A stretch of 64,000 bases of DNA, taken from NCBI GenBank assembly GCA_963674755.2, contig CAXXVS010000003.1, positions 96,001 to 160,000 of the forward strand, given 5' to 3'. Position numbers and translations under genes: made by a program. This document shows, in pieces, positions 10,553 through 20,557 of this stretch; the stretch's first letter is position 1; each line of letters opens with the position of its first letter. The notes beneath the pieces were generated by a model. The model had not been told where the DNA came from. It worked only from the letters and a program-made list of their open reading frames with translations, and ran no database searches. The stretch comes from Desulfobacterales bacterium (GTDB lineage: Bacteria; Desulfobacterota; Desulfobacteria; Desulfobacterales; UBA5852).

Positions 10553-12124
10553 TTAGGATGATACCCCCGCTACCGATGCTGGCAGGGGGACGCTCGGGAA
10601 CAACCCCGGATTCGTATGGGGCAGAAACTTGGCCGCACTGAAACGATTCATGAAGTCTTGATTGACATTGAGCTCCATATAGGTAATCCGGTCGCGGATC
10701 GCATCCACCCGTTCCAGGCTCGTCGGCTGGGTCAGCACTTTTTTGGCCCCTTCCAATGAACTGTTGCCCAAGGGGCGGTAACGCGCCAGGGGAAGATCGG
10801 GGAGCATCCCGATCGTGATGGCCGAACGCGGATCGATAAACACCCCGAAGGTCCCGGCCACGTAGAACGTTTCCAATTCCTGGGGCGTCATCCCCACCGC
10901 CTCCGTAATGGTTTCCAGAATCGTGTACATCGCCGCCTTGGAGCGAATCAAGCTGTCCAGATCGGTCTGGCCGATGGTCAACGCATTCCCGCTGGCCGTT
11001 GTCTTCGCCTCGGCCACAACCAGCCGCGGCTCGCCGTCCGATTGGATCAGCCGTTCCCCGCAGATGGCGGGAACAAAGCGGCCCTGAATGTCAATCATAC
11101 CGCTGGCAAACAGCTGGGCGGCCAGATCGATGACCCCCGAGCCGCAGATGCCCACCGGCGGGACATCTGCGATGGTGCGCAGGGAAAACCGGCGCTCAGT
11201 CCCGGTGATGCGCACCTGATCGATGGCACCCGGACGGGCCGTGGTGCCGATGCGGCTGACCCCGCTCTCCAGGGCCGGTCCGGCCGCGCCGGCACAGGCA
11301 ATCATCCAGTGGCGGTTGCCAAGGACGACCTCGGCGTTGGTGCCCACGTCCACCAGAAGCGCCGTCTGCTCACGGTGATCCAGATCGCTGTAAAGGATAC
11401 CGGCGATCAAATCACCACCGAAATAGCTGCCGATATTCGGAAAGATAATCATCCGGGCCCCGGGGGCGACCTCCAGGCCCAGGGATCGGGCGGTTCGGAT
11501 GCCGGGCCGGTTGACGACCGGGATGTAGGGCTCCCGGATGATCCAATGGGGATCCAGCCCCATGAAAAGATGGGTCATGACCGTGTTGCCCGCCAAGGCC
11601 AGCAGAACGATGCGATCGCGGGCCGTATCCGCCTGCTCGCAGAGCGTTGCGATCATGCCGTTGAGCCCGTCCACCACGAGACGATGGAGGTGCGCCAGGC
11701 CGCCTTGCTCATCGGCATAATGAATCCGCGTCAGCACATCCGGGCCGATGATCCCCTGGGGATTGTCGAAGGACGCTTCCCGGAGCATCTGACCGCTTGC
11801 GAGATCCAACAGGCTGAGGGCGATGCGCGTCGTACCGAGATCGATGGCCAGGCCGCAAAGGGGTGCGGGATCCTTGATGTCGGTGAGGCCACACACCTGC
11901 CAGGCCTCGTTGTCACGCACCAGCGCACAGCGCAGGTCGAAATTCCAGCCTCGCAGACGGGCAGGCAGATCGACCAGGAGCTCCGCGTCCAGATGAACGG
12001 CCGATCCGCCGAGGCGCTTTTGCAGAACACCGATCAGACGTTCCTGATCGGCTGTATTGTCGGACAGGGATGGTGGGGGCAGTCGCAGTGTCTCAAGCCA
12101 GCTGGCGCGGTCTCCGGTTTTCAT
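10553..12124 (-). CDS. ASKHA-domain ATPase (DUF4445/RACo-like corrinoid activator), no N-terminal 2Fe-2S domain
   Basis: AIDLGTT, NPQ..GPDVLTRI, DVGTNAE, AAGPALE, GICGSG, AGTFG; ATGA overlap with sirtuin stop. Confidence 0.88.
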   Translation of the reverse strand: MKTGDRASWLETLRLPPPSLSDNTADQERLIGVLQKRLGGSAVHLDAELLVDLPARLRGWNFDLRCALVRDNEAWQVCGLTDIKDPAPLCGLAIDLGTTRIALSLLDLASGQMLREASFDNPQGIIGPDVLTRIHYADEQGGLAHLHRLVVDGLNGMIATLCEQADTARDRIVLLALAGNTVMTHLFMGLDPHWIIREPYIPVVNRPGIRTARSLGLEVAPGARMIIFPNIGSYFGGDLIAGILYSDLDHREQTALLVDVGTNAEVVLGNRHWMIACAGAAGPALESGVSRIGTTARPGAIDQVRITGTERRFSLRTIADVPPVGICGSGVIDLAAQLFASGMIDIQGRFVPAICGERLIQSDGEPRLVVAEAKTTASGNALTIGQTDLDSLIRSKAAMYTILETITEAVGMTPQELETFYVAGTFGVFIDPRSAITIGMLPDLPLARYRPLGNSSLEGAKKVLTQPTSLERVDAIRDRITYMELNVNQDFMNRFSAAKFLPHTNPGLFPSVPLPASVAGVSS

Positions 12125-12945
12125 TTCCCCCCATGGGTGTTCGCGGGTATGCGACGGTCCGCCAAAGCGCACCGCCCCGGTTGAGGACGCCCTTCCTCGC
12201 GGCGCCGCTCGGCAATACAGGCCACGATGGCTTCCAGAACCTCACCGGCCCCTCCTTGGATAAAGTCGTCGCTGATCCGGCTGGTCAGGGGGGTCGGTTC
12301 GGGATTGATTTCCACCACCCGGGCACCGCTTTCCCTGGCCAGGAGAGGCATCATCGCGGCCGGCTGAACCGTGGCCGAGGTGCCCACCACCAACAGCACC
12401 TCACAATGGGACACCAGCTGCTGGGAGCGGGTCAAATGCTGGGGCGGAATCATTTCGCCAAAAAACACGCAGTCCGGTCGGTAAATGCCGCCGCAGTCGC
12501 AGCGGGGAGGGATTCGGGCAAGGTCGACCTGCCGGGTTTCACAGCGGCTCCCGCAATCCATGCAGCGCTGCCAGGCGAACGTTCCATGAAATTCAATCAC
12601 GTCGCGGCTCCCGGCGGCCTGGTGCAGACCGTCAACGTTCTGGGTAATCACCGATCGCAGATAGCCCCATTGCTCCAGACGTGCCAACCCCGTGTGTCCC
12701 GCGTTGGGACGGGCAGCGCTCAACACGGTCTGCATGCCTGTTAGCAGCAGCTGCCATACTCTGGCCGGGTTGCGGCGAAAGGCATCGATATGGGCCACCT
12801 CCATGGGATCCATGCGTTCCCATAAACCGCCGGGACCCCGAAAAGGGGGAATGCCACTCTCGATGGAAATGCCGGCCCCGGTTAAGGCAACTGCCTTGCG
12901 GGTGTGCATCAATACTTCCGCGGTTTGCCGAATCAATGCTTGCAT
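12121..12945 (-). CDS. cobB: NAD-dependent protein deacylase (sirtuin)
   Basis: GAGISIESGIPPFRG, TQNVDGLH, HG, CxxC..CxC, GTS..VQPA. Confidence 0.93.
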   Translation of the reverse strand: MQALIRQTAEVLMHTRKAVALTGAGISIESGIPPFRGPGGLWERMDPMEVAHIDAFRRNPARVWQLLLTGMQTVLSAARPNAGHTGLARLEQWGYLRSVITQNVDGLHQAAGSRDVIEFHGTFAWQRCMDCGSRCETRQVDLARIPPRCDCGGIYRPDCVFFGEMIPPQHLTRSQQLVSHCEVLLVVGTSATVQPAAMMPLLARESGARVVEINPEPTPLTSRISDDFIQGGAGEVLEAIVACIAERRREEGRPQPGRCALADRRIPANTHGGK

Positions 12946-13004
12946 AGGATGTGTTCATGCTCCCCACGACTATCGCTATTATCACCAGCCGATAAAGAGG
13001 CGGT

Positions 13005-13883
13005 TCAGGGGGCGGCGTTGTAACCGAGATAGGTATACCAGATGTTATCGCGTGTCCAACGATTGCGGATACGCCCGCCGCTGCCATGGAGCAGGCTTTC
13101 CGCCTCCCGGGCTTCGCTGCGCAGCAAGCCCGACAAAATCCAGTGGCGTTTGGCCTTGAAGCCCGGTGATGTCAGCAGGGTCTTCATGACCTCAAAATGG
13201 ACATTGGCCAGCAACAGCTCGGCAGGGCAATCCACCAGTTCTTCGGCCCGCCCGTGAACCGGCAGGACCTGGTTGGTAAAACCGTTCAACCGGATGTTGC
13301 GCCGGGCCGTCTTGACCGCCAGACGGTTAAAGTCCACGGCCAGCACGTGCTCACTACCCAAACCGGCCGCCGCAACCGCCAGAATGCCCGTACCGGTGCC
13401 CAAATCCAACACGGTGTCAATGCCGGTTTCCCGGTATAGGATTTCCAGCGCCGCCAGGCAATCCCGGGTCGTGGGATGGGTGCCGGTGCCGAAGACCACC
13501 CCGGGGTCCAGCCAAAGGGGAATTTGCCCTACGATCTCCGGCTGGAACGTCGCTCCCCCATCGGTTGCCCAGGGGGGCTTCACATGGAAGCAACCGGCGC
13601 GGAAGGCGGCCACGCGTCCACCCTGCCAGTCGTCATAGGGCATCTGGAAGCGATCGATAAGCGACAGGTGGGGATGGGCTTCCAGCAAAGCGGTGATGGT
13701 CGTCTCGGCGGCGGCCGAAAAAAACACGAATGAGAATCCGTCCTCTTCCCAGGTGCCGATGAAGGTCGGCCTATCGGCCAGCGCCTGTTCCGGAACGCGT
13801 CCTTCCATATAATAAATGTAGAGATCCTCATAGGGCGGCCGATAGCGTGGGGCCGCCTTATCACGTGACGGAGATTCAATCAT
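13005..13883 (-). CDS. PrmA-like SAM-dependent methyltransferase
   Basis: DPGVVFGTGTHPTT, VLDLGTGTGIL, ILSGL. Confidence 0.8.
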   Translation of the reverse strand: MIESPSRDKAAPRYRPPYEDLYIYYMEGRVPEQALADRPTFIGTWEEDGFSFVFFSAAAETTITALLEAHPHLSLIDRFQMPYDDWQGGRVAAFRAGCFHVKPPWATDGGATFQPEIVGQIPLWLDPGVVFGTGTHPTTRDCLAALEILYRETGIDTVLDLGTGTGILAVAAAGLGSEHVLAVDFNRLAVKTARRNIRLNGFTNQVLPVHGRAEELVDCPAELLLANVHFEVMKTLLTSPGFKAKRHWILSGLLRSEAREAESLLHGSGGRIRNRWTRDNIWYTYLGYNAAP

Positions 13884-14556
13884 TCTTCGGCAAACGATCC
13901 ATGGTCCACTCCATAGGATCCAGGATCGTGAATCCAAGGGCGGCCAGTTTCTTCTTGACCCGCCGGACATTGTTGGTCAGCAGATAGGTAAACACTGCCC
14001 GCATATTGGGTTCCCAGGAGCGGGCCACCAGGATGGATCCGAACGAGATGTTCTCTTCGGTGATCGCATCGACGATGATTTTCATCTGACCCAGTTTTTC
14101 TTCCACCAGAACACCCAACAGGGTGCCGGGCTCCTCGATCCCCAGCACGTTGATGAAGGCCCGCAGCAGATCACGCACCGAGATAAGGCCCTGCAGCCGA
14201 CCCTGGCGATCGACAACCGGCAAGGCGCCGACACGCAGGGCTTGAATCTGCAGCAAAACATCTTCGATGGTATCCTCAGGCGAAACCGTGCGGGGGTTGC
14301 GTGTCATGGCTTCCGCCACCTTGAGGCTGGAGAAGTCGCCCACCTCCATGTGGGTGTCGGATTTGGCGTAAAATGCCGCCGGCAGGATGCTGCGAACGTC
14401 CCGATCGGTAATGATACCCACCAGAGAATCATCGTCTTCGACCACCGGCAAATGGCGAATGCGGTGCTTTAGCATAAGGTCACGGGCGTCGATGATGCTG
14501 GTTTCAGGACGGACAGCGATCACTTTATGGGTCATGGATTTACTGACAAACATCAT
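13876..14556 (-). CDS. acuB: CBS-pair + ACT domain protein (AcuB-like)
   Basis: IRHLPVV..LVGIITDRD and VGALPVV CBS repeats; C-terminal ACT-like region; GGAGG RBS. Confidence 0.8.
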   Translation of the reverse strand: MMFVSKSMTHKVIAVRPETSIIDARDLMLKHRIRHLPVVEDDDSLVGIITDRDVRSILPAAFYAKSDTHMEVGDFSSLKVAEAMTRNPRTVSPEDTIEDVLLQIQALRVGALPVVDRQGRLQGLISVRDLLRAFINVLGIEEPGTLLGVLVEEKLGQMKIIVDAITEENISFGSILVARSWEPNMRAVFTYLLTNNVRRVKKKLAALGFTILDPMEWTMDRLPKND

Positions 14557-14658
14557 AACCTCCCCGGGCATGCACGAACGTCCTGGACATGCCCCCAAGT
14601 GCAGCGCCCCCCGCAGCAACGGCTGATGCAGGCCGGCTCGCGGGTGCGGACGCACGTT

Positions 14659-15609
14659 TTAGGCATTGAGTAGGATTTGAACATGGTTGCCCGCCAGCTC
14701 GGGGAGGCGCTCTAGCGCGTAGCCTCCCTCGAGAATGGATATCAACTTCCCATCGGCATGTCGGGCGGCCATGTCGACGATCTGTTGCATCACCCAGGAA
14801 TAGCTTTCCGTCGAAAGGGCGACATCGGACATATCGTCATCGACATGGGCGTCGAACCCCACCGACACGATGATGAATTCCGGCCGGAAGCGCTCGATGG
14901 CGGTGGCCAGCTCACCGCCGATGGCCTCCCGGTAGACCTCGTCCCCCTGACCGGGCAAAACCGTGGCATTGAAAGTGTAGCCGACACCACGTTTTTCGCC
15001 TTGGTCGAAGGCGCGCCCCGTGCCGGGGAAGGCAAAGGACGGGTGCTGATGAATCGAGAAGTAATATACGGTATCGTCTTCTTCGAAAATATGGGCGGTG
15101 CCGTTGCCGTGATGGACGTCGATATCGATGATCGCCACCCGCTGCAGGAACCATTTGGTTTGCAGGTAGACCGCCGCGATGGCGGCATTGTTGAAATAGC
15201 AGAACCCCATGGCTTTGGACCGCTCGGCATGATGCCCGGGAGGGCGCACGGCGCAAAAGGCATTGTCGATTTCGTCGGCAATGATGCTGTCGATGGTATC
15301 AAGAATACCACCCACGGCCAGCAGGGCGATCTCGAAGGTCTCAGGGCCCATCTGGTTGTCGGCGCTGTCAAACGTCTTCTGACCGTTTTGGCAGGCCGCT
15401 TCGAACCGATCGATATAATCTTTGTCGTGGACGAGCTCGATCCACATCCGCTCGGCCGGCCGCGCCGGAATTACCGTCAGGTGTTCCAGCAGCCCCATCT
15501 GCTCAATTCCCTGATAGATGGCGGTCAGCCGCTCGGGACATTCGGGATGATAGGGTCCTGTGGTGTGCTTGAGGAACCGTTCATCATACAGAAAGCCGGT
15601 CCGCTTCAT
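14659..15609 (-). CDS. Zn-dependent histone deacetylase-family protein (AcuC-like)
   Basis: HPECPERL, RPPGHHA, GFCYFNN, DIDVHHGNGT, GFDAH, LEGGY. Confidence 0.93.
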   Translation of the reverse strand: MKRTGFLYDERFLKHTTGPYHPECPERLTAIYQGIEQMGLLEHLTVIPARPAERMWIELVHDKDYIDRFEAACQNGQKTFDSADNQMGPETFEIALLAVGGILDTIDSIIADEIDNAFCAVRPPGHHAERSKAMGFCYFNNAAIAAVYLQTKWFLQRVAIIDIDVHHGNGTAHIFEEDDTVYYFSIHQHPSFAFPGTGRAFDQGEKRGVGYTFNATVLPGQGDEVYREAIGGELATAIERFRPEFIIVSVGFDAHVDDDMSDVALSTESYSWVMQQIVDMAARHADGKLISILEGGYALERLPELAGNHVQILLNA

Positions 15610-15628
15610 TCTCGCTCCATCCGGAAGT

Positions 15629-16378
15629 TCACTTCAACAATTTGTCAAAAATAGCAAAGGCGGCCTGAACAACCGCCGTATCCGTGGGTAGCGCCATGGT
15701 CGGTTGGCCGTTGAGATCATACTCATACAGGGTCTCGTCTTCGAGCACCGTGCCCACATACTCCAGATCCGCCTGGCGAATGAGGGTCATGACTTCCTCC
15801 GGTGGAGGCCCCTTGGCCTGGTTGATCATGAGGCATGTCCTTTCCACACCGATATTGAGGGTTTTGGCCAGCGTGTTGATCCGCAGACCGGCCTGAAGCC
15901 CCCGCCGGGAAGCATCGGCCACGATCAGCAGGATGTCGACGTTTTGGGTGGTCAGTCGGCTGATGTGCTCCATGCCGGCCTCGTTGTCCATGACCAGATA
16001 AGGGTAATTGCCGGTGAGCTGCTCCAGGAAACGGGTCAGCAGTGAATTGGCCGCGCAGTAGCATCCAGCCCCCTCCGGCTGCCCCATCACCAGCAGGTCG
16101 AAGCCATCATGTTCGACGATGGCCTGCTGCATGCGCATATCCATAAAGACATCTTTGGTCATCCCCTCGGGGACCTTGCCCTTTTTCATGTCTTCGCGGG
16201 CGTCCCCCAGCGTTTCCGAAACAGGTACTCCCAGCACTTCATTCAAATTGGCGTTGGCGTCGGCATCCACCGCCAATATCGGCGTCTTGTTGACACTCAT
16301 CAAATACTTCACAAGCAGACCGGCCATGGTGGTTTTCCCGGTACCGCCTTTGCCGGCCAGGGCTATTGAAAACGGCAT
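15629..16378 (-). CDS. cooC: CooC/AcsF-family nickel-insertion ATPase
   Basis: GKGGTGKTT, DADANANL, GAGCYC, DNEAGMEHISR. Confidence 0.88.
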   Translation of the reverse strand: MPFSIALAGKGGTGKTTMAGLLVKYLMSVNKTPILAVDADANANLNEVLGVPVSETLGDAREDMKKGKVPEGMTKDVFMDMRMQQAIVEHDGFDLLVMGQPEGAGCYCAANSLLTRFLEQLTGNYPYLVMDNEAGMEHISRLTTQNVDILLIVADASRRGLQAGLRINTLAKTLNIGVERTCLMINQAKGPPPEEVMTLIRQADLEYVGTVLEDETLYEYDLNGQPTMALPTDTAVVQAAFAIFDKLLK

Positions 16379-17076
16379 GATAACGATATCCTTTCCTGAA
16401 AAAAATAATTCGTGTCCGGCCAGATATGGTAGATTTCGGTTCCTGGCAAGGCCCGAGCGCGCTTTCAACCGGAGGAATAGCGCGCTATTTCAGGGATTGA
16501 AAACAAGCGAGAACGCCGCCAGGGGGCGAAAGATGCCAGCTATGGATGGCCACTAAATCAATGTCGTCTAATTTTAACCACTTAAGACAGTTGGCCAGAA
16601 CAGTCAAGGACCTTTTCCAACCGGTCGCCAAGGGGGCCGTCCGCTAAAACGATAACGGCATGAAGGCGTCACGGCTGACGGACAAAGGGTGCCAAAAGAA
16701 GGGGCATCCCACGCGGACACGGCCCTGCTGGCGCGACGCCGTCCGATAGGATGGCGTGATGGCCGAAGTGCATCATCGTGCTGCCAAGGGCTGCTAAAGG
16801 TCGCCGGAACGCCCTTCGGCGGGCTCTGGCCCGCGTTCTGAGGTATGCCATTCCGGATTGGCGGCAGCGCATCACTCCGCGTGCTTCCCATCTTGCAAAG
16901 CACCATACCCTGTGATAAAAATCTGGGCTCCGAACAGCATATCATCGACCGTTTGACCCCCGGGCGGACCGCACCCCGCCACGGGCGTCTGCATGGGGTT
17001 TCGCCTTGGATGCAAGATAACGGTTCCTCGCCGCCGCTGCCGATCATCATCTGTCATATGTAAAAGGGGACGCACA

Positions 17077-18231
17077 ATGGACTTTGAGTTAAATCGCACA
17101 CAGCAGGAGATCGTGAAGGCCGTTCGTGATTTCACCAAGGGGGAGTTTGACAAGGATCTGGCCCTGGAGCTGGAGGAGGCCCACGAATTCCCCAGGAAGA
17201 TCTGGCAGAAGGCCGGTGACCTGGGGCTGATCGGGGTGCATTTTCCGGAAGCATATTCCGGCCAGGGGCTGGGGTCGCTGGAAGACATTCTGGTCATCGA
17301 GGAGCTTTGCCGGGGGGATTCCACCATCGGCAGCGCGGTGGCTTTGGCGGCCTTTGCCTCGGAGCTGATTTTGCACAACGGCACCGAGGCCCAGAAGCAG
17401 GCCTGGCTGCCCAAGATCGCCGAAGGCCAGGCCCTTTCGGCCGGGGCCTTCACCGAACCCGACCACGGCTCGGACATCACCCGCATGAACACCACGGCGG
17501 TGAAAGACGGCAACGAATGGGTGATCAACGGCACCAAGACCTTTATCACCAACGGGGGGCTGGCCAGCGTGTACTGCGTGCTCTGCCAGACCGACGGGGA
17601 GATTGTCCCCAGCCACCGGGGCATGAGCGTGATTCTGGTGGAGGCCGGCCGTGAGGGATTGACGACGGCCGATGTGGGCCGCAAGATGGGCATCCGCATG
17701 ATGGCCACGGCCGAGGTGAACTTCAAGGACGTGCGCGTGCCCGTGGAGAATCTCTTGGGCGAGGAGGGCCGGGGGTTTTACCAGGTGCTGCATTTCTTTG
17801 ACGAGAGCCGCATCCAGGTGGCGGCCCAGGCCCTGGGTACGGCCCAGGGGGCCTATGACCGGGCGCTGGCCTATGTGAAGCAGCGCGAGCAGTTCGGCAA
17901 GAAGATCGCCCTGTTCCAGGTGACCCAGCACAAGCTGGCCGAGATGGCCACCAAGATCGAGCTGGCGCGGTTGATGACCTACAAGGCGGCCTGGAATTTC
18001 GACCAGGGGCGTATCGACCCCAAGCTGACCTCCATGGCCAAGATGGTAGCCGCCCGCACGGCGGTGGAAGTCTGCGACGAGGCCATCCAGCTCCATGGGG
18101 GCTACGGCTACATGAGCGAGTACGAGGTGGAGCGCTTCTACCGCGATGCCAAGATCACCGAACTCTATGAGGGCACCCGCGAAATCCAGAAAAACACCAT
18201 CGCCAGCGCCCTTATCGGAAAATTGAAATAA
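17077..18231 (+). CDS. acyl-CoA dehydrogenase
   Basis: FTEPDHGSD, NGTKTFITNG, REQFGK, QLHGGYG, YEGTREIQ. Confidence 0.95.
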   Translation: MDFELNRTQQEIVKAVRDFTKGEFDKDLALELEEAHEFPRKIWQKAGDLGLIGVHFPEAYSGQGLGSLEDILVIEELCRGDSTIGSAVALAAFASELILHNGTEAQKQAWLPKIAEGQALSAGAFTEPDHGSDITRMNTTAVKDGNEWVINGTKTFITNGGLASVYCVLCQTDGEIVPSHRGMSVILVEAGREGLTTADVGRKMGIRMMATAEVNFKDVRVPVENLLGEEGRGFYQVLHFFDESRIQVAAQALGTAQGAYDRALAYVKQREQFGKKIALFQVTQHKLAEMATKIELARLMTYKAAWNFDQGRIDPKLTSMAKMVAARTAVEVCDEAIQLHGGYGYMSEYEVERFYRDAKITELYEGTREIQKNTIASALIGKLK

Positions 18232-18244
18232 AGGAGGAGAAATT

Positions 18245-18574
18245 ATGCCGGATGTTATCGATATCGCTAAAAAAGCCCTTCTGACAGGCATCGGTCTGGC
18301 CCTGACCGCCAAGGACGAGGCCGAGGATCTGGCCCGGGAGCTGGAAAAAAAATTAAACCTGAATGAAGAAGAGGGTAAGAAATTCCTCAAGGACATTCAG
18401 AAACGTTATGAGGAAACCCAGGACAAACTTGAGGCCCGTGTCGAAAAATCCGTTCAAAAATTTCTGAAAAAGGCCGACATCGTCACCACCGACGAATTGA
18501 AAGCCCTCAAAAAAGAAATCCGCGATCTGAAGCAGTCCCTCAACAAAACCGCGGATGGGACCGGGGAAAACTAG
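18245..18574 (+). CDS. phasin-like small helical protein
   Basis: KKALLTGIG start, coiled-coil composition, AGGAG RBS, upstream of ABC1 kinase. Confidence 0.75.
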   Translation: MPDVIDIAKKALLTGIGLALTAKDEAEDLARELEKKLNLNEEEGKKFLKDIQKRYEETQDKLEARVEKSVQKFLKKADIVTTDELKALKKEIRDLKQSLNKTADGTGEN

Positions 18575-18693
18575 ACCCGACGCGATGTGAGGCGTCGCCT
18601 TCCAGCGACGCGTGCGCCTTCACCGACCCCCCGTGCGGCGCACGCTTGCGGCTGGGCTCACCAGCGATCCACGATCGGCATGGGGAAACCCGC

Positions 18694-20391
18694 ATGCTCA
18701 GTATCCGGAAAATTGGCGTTATTGGCCGGACCTACCGGCATTTAACCCGTTATCGGCAAATCCTGACCGTTTTTTTCAAATATGGATTTGGCGATCTGGT
18801 CGATCTGCTGAAAATCGATCAATACATCGAAATCGGCCTGCAGATGATCTCCCGCAACCGGCGGGAACGATTGGAGCGCATGACCCGTGCGGAACGGATG
18901 CGCCTGGCCATGGAAGAATTGGGCCCCACCTATATCAAGCTCGGCCAGGTGCTTTCCACCCGTCCGGATCTGATCCCGGTCGATTTTATCCGAGAATTAT
19001 CCAAACTCCAGGACGAGGTGCCGCCCTTTCCTTTTGACGAGGTGCGGCAGATCATCACCCGCGAGCTGGGCAGCGTCCCGGAAACGCTTTTTGACCAGTT
19101 TGACGAAACCCCCCAGGCCTCGGCCTCCATCGGACAGGTCCACCGGGCCGTCCTCAAAGACGGCGATGAGGTGGCCGTCAAGGTCCAGAGGCCGGGCATC
19201 GAACGCACCATCGAGGTGGATCTGGAAATCATGCTCCATCTGGCCACCCTGATGGAGCGCCACATCGAAGAGATCGCCTTTTACCGACCGGTCAAGATTG
19301 TCGAGGAATTTGCCAAGACCCTGGAGCGGGAAATCGACTATACCATCGAAGCCAGCAACATGGAGCGCGTGGCCGGCCAATTTCTGAGTGATATGACGGT
19401 CTACATCCCCAAGGTGTATCGCGACTTCACCACCTCTAAAATCCTCACGGCCGAATTTATCGATGGCATTAAAATCTCCGAAATCCGGCAATTGGAAGAC
19501 GCGGGGCTTGATCGCCGCGAAATCACCCGGCGGGGCGCCCACATCCTGTTGCGGCAGGTCTTTGAAATCGGATTCTTCCATGGCGATCCCCATCCCGGCA
19601 ATATTTTCGTCCTGCCGGACAATGTCATCTGCCTGTTGGATTTCGGCATGGTCGGTTCCGTCGACCGGCAGACACGGGAGGATTTTGTGGATTTGGTGGA
19701 TGCGGTGGTCCACCGCCATGAGAGCCGGACAGCCCAGGTCCTGCTCAAGCTGACCACCTGGGATGAAAAACCGGATATGCGCATATTTGAAAAGGACGTG
19801 GCCGATTTCATGGGGCATCACCTATACCGCCCCTTGAGCGAAATCAATTTCGGCCGCCTGTTGCAAAACCTGCTGGAACTGGCCGCGCAGAACCGTCTCG
19901 TGATCCCCCCGGATATCTTTCTGATGATGAAAACCTTGGCGGCGGTGGAAGGGGTGGCCCGAATGCTGGATCCCCGCTTCGACATTTTTACGACGGCCGA
20001 GCCGTTTATCAAGCAGGTCAAACTGGCCCGCTTTCATCCCCGGCGTTTAACCGGTGATTTTATGCAGCTCAGTTCGGACCTGTTGACCTTTCTTCAGCAA
20101 TTCCCTGGGGAACTCCTTGAAATCACACGCAAGGTTCGTCAGCAAAAACTTTCCCTGAGCGTGGAGTTAAAAGGCCTCGACACCATGCTGGAAACCCATG
20201 ACCAGATCAGCAACCGGGTGTCCTTCTCCATTATCATTGCCGGTTTGATCATCGGCAGCTCGATCATCGTGGTCTCCGGCGTCCCGCCCCTGTTCTACGG
20301 TATCTCCCTGATCGGCATCATTGTGTTCATCACAGGCGCCGTGATGGGATTGTGGCTCCTGATCGCCATCATCAAAAAGGGGCGTCTCTAA
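18694..20391 (+). CDS. AarF/ABC1/UbiB family kinase
   Basis: LGPTYIKLGQ, ASIGQVH, VAVKVQRP, FFHGDPHPGN, LLDFGMVG, two C-terminal TM helices. Confidence 0.93.
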   Translation: MLSIRKIGVIGRTYRHLTRYRQILTVFFKYGFGDLVDLLKIDQYIEIGLQMISRNRRERLERMTRAERMRLAMEELGPTYIKLGQVLSTRPDLIPVDFIRELSKLQDEVPPFPFDEVRQIITRELGSVPETLFDQFDETPQASASIGQVHRAVLKDGDEVAVKVQRPGIERTIEVDLEIMLHLATLMERHIEEIAFYRPVKIVEEFAKTLEREIDYTIEASNMERVAGQFLSDMTVYIPKVYRDFTTSKILTAEFIDGIKISEIRQLEDAGLDRREITRRGAHILLRQVFEIGFFHGDPHPGNIFVLPDNVICLLDFGMVGSVDRQTREDFVDLVDAVVHRHESRTAQVLLKLTTWDEKPDMRIFEKDVADFMGHHLYRPLSEINFGRLLQNLLELAAQNRLVIPPDIFLMMKTLAAVEGVARMLDPRFDIFTTAEPFIKQVKLARFHPRRLTGDFMQLSSDLLTFLQQFPGELLEITRKVRQQKLSLSVELKGLDTMLETHDQISNRVSFSIIIAGLIIGSSIIVVSGVPPLFYGISLIGIIVFITGAVMGLWLLIAIIKKGRL

Positions 20392-20557
20392 CCGCACCCC
20401 CTGCCCACCTCGCGTTGCGCGCCGCGGCGTCCAACATTTTTGTTCTAGAGAGTTGCTTTCCATTACATTATTGTTATAAGAAGTCCCGATTGCGCCAACG
20501 GGTCATCACACCACGACGGCCTGGCCGGTCGCATAGATGAGAGGAGAGGGCGGCCCC

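Noticed and set aside
16470..17076. ORFs in the 600-bp cooC/acyl-CoA dehydrogenase gap
   Set aside because: No motifs or coding-like composition; probably a divergent promoter region.
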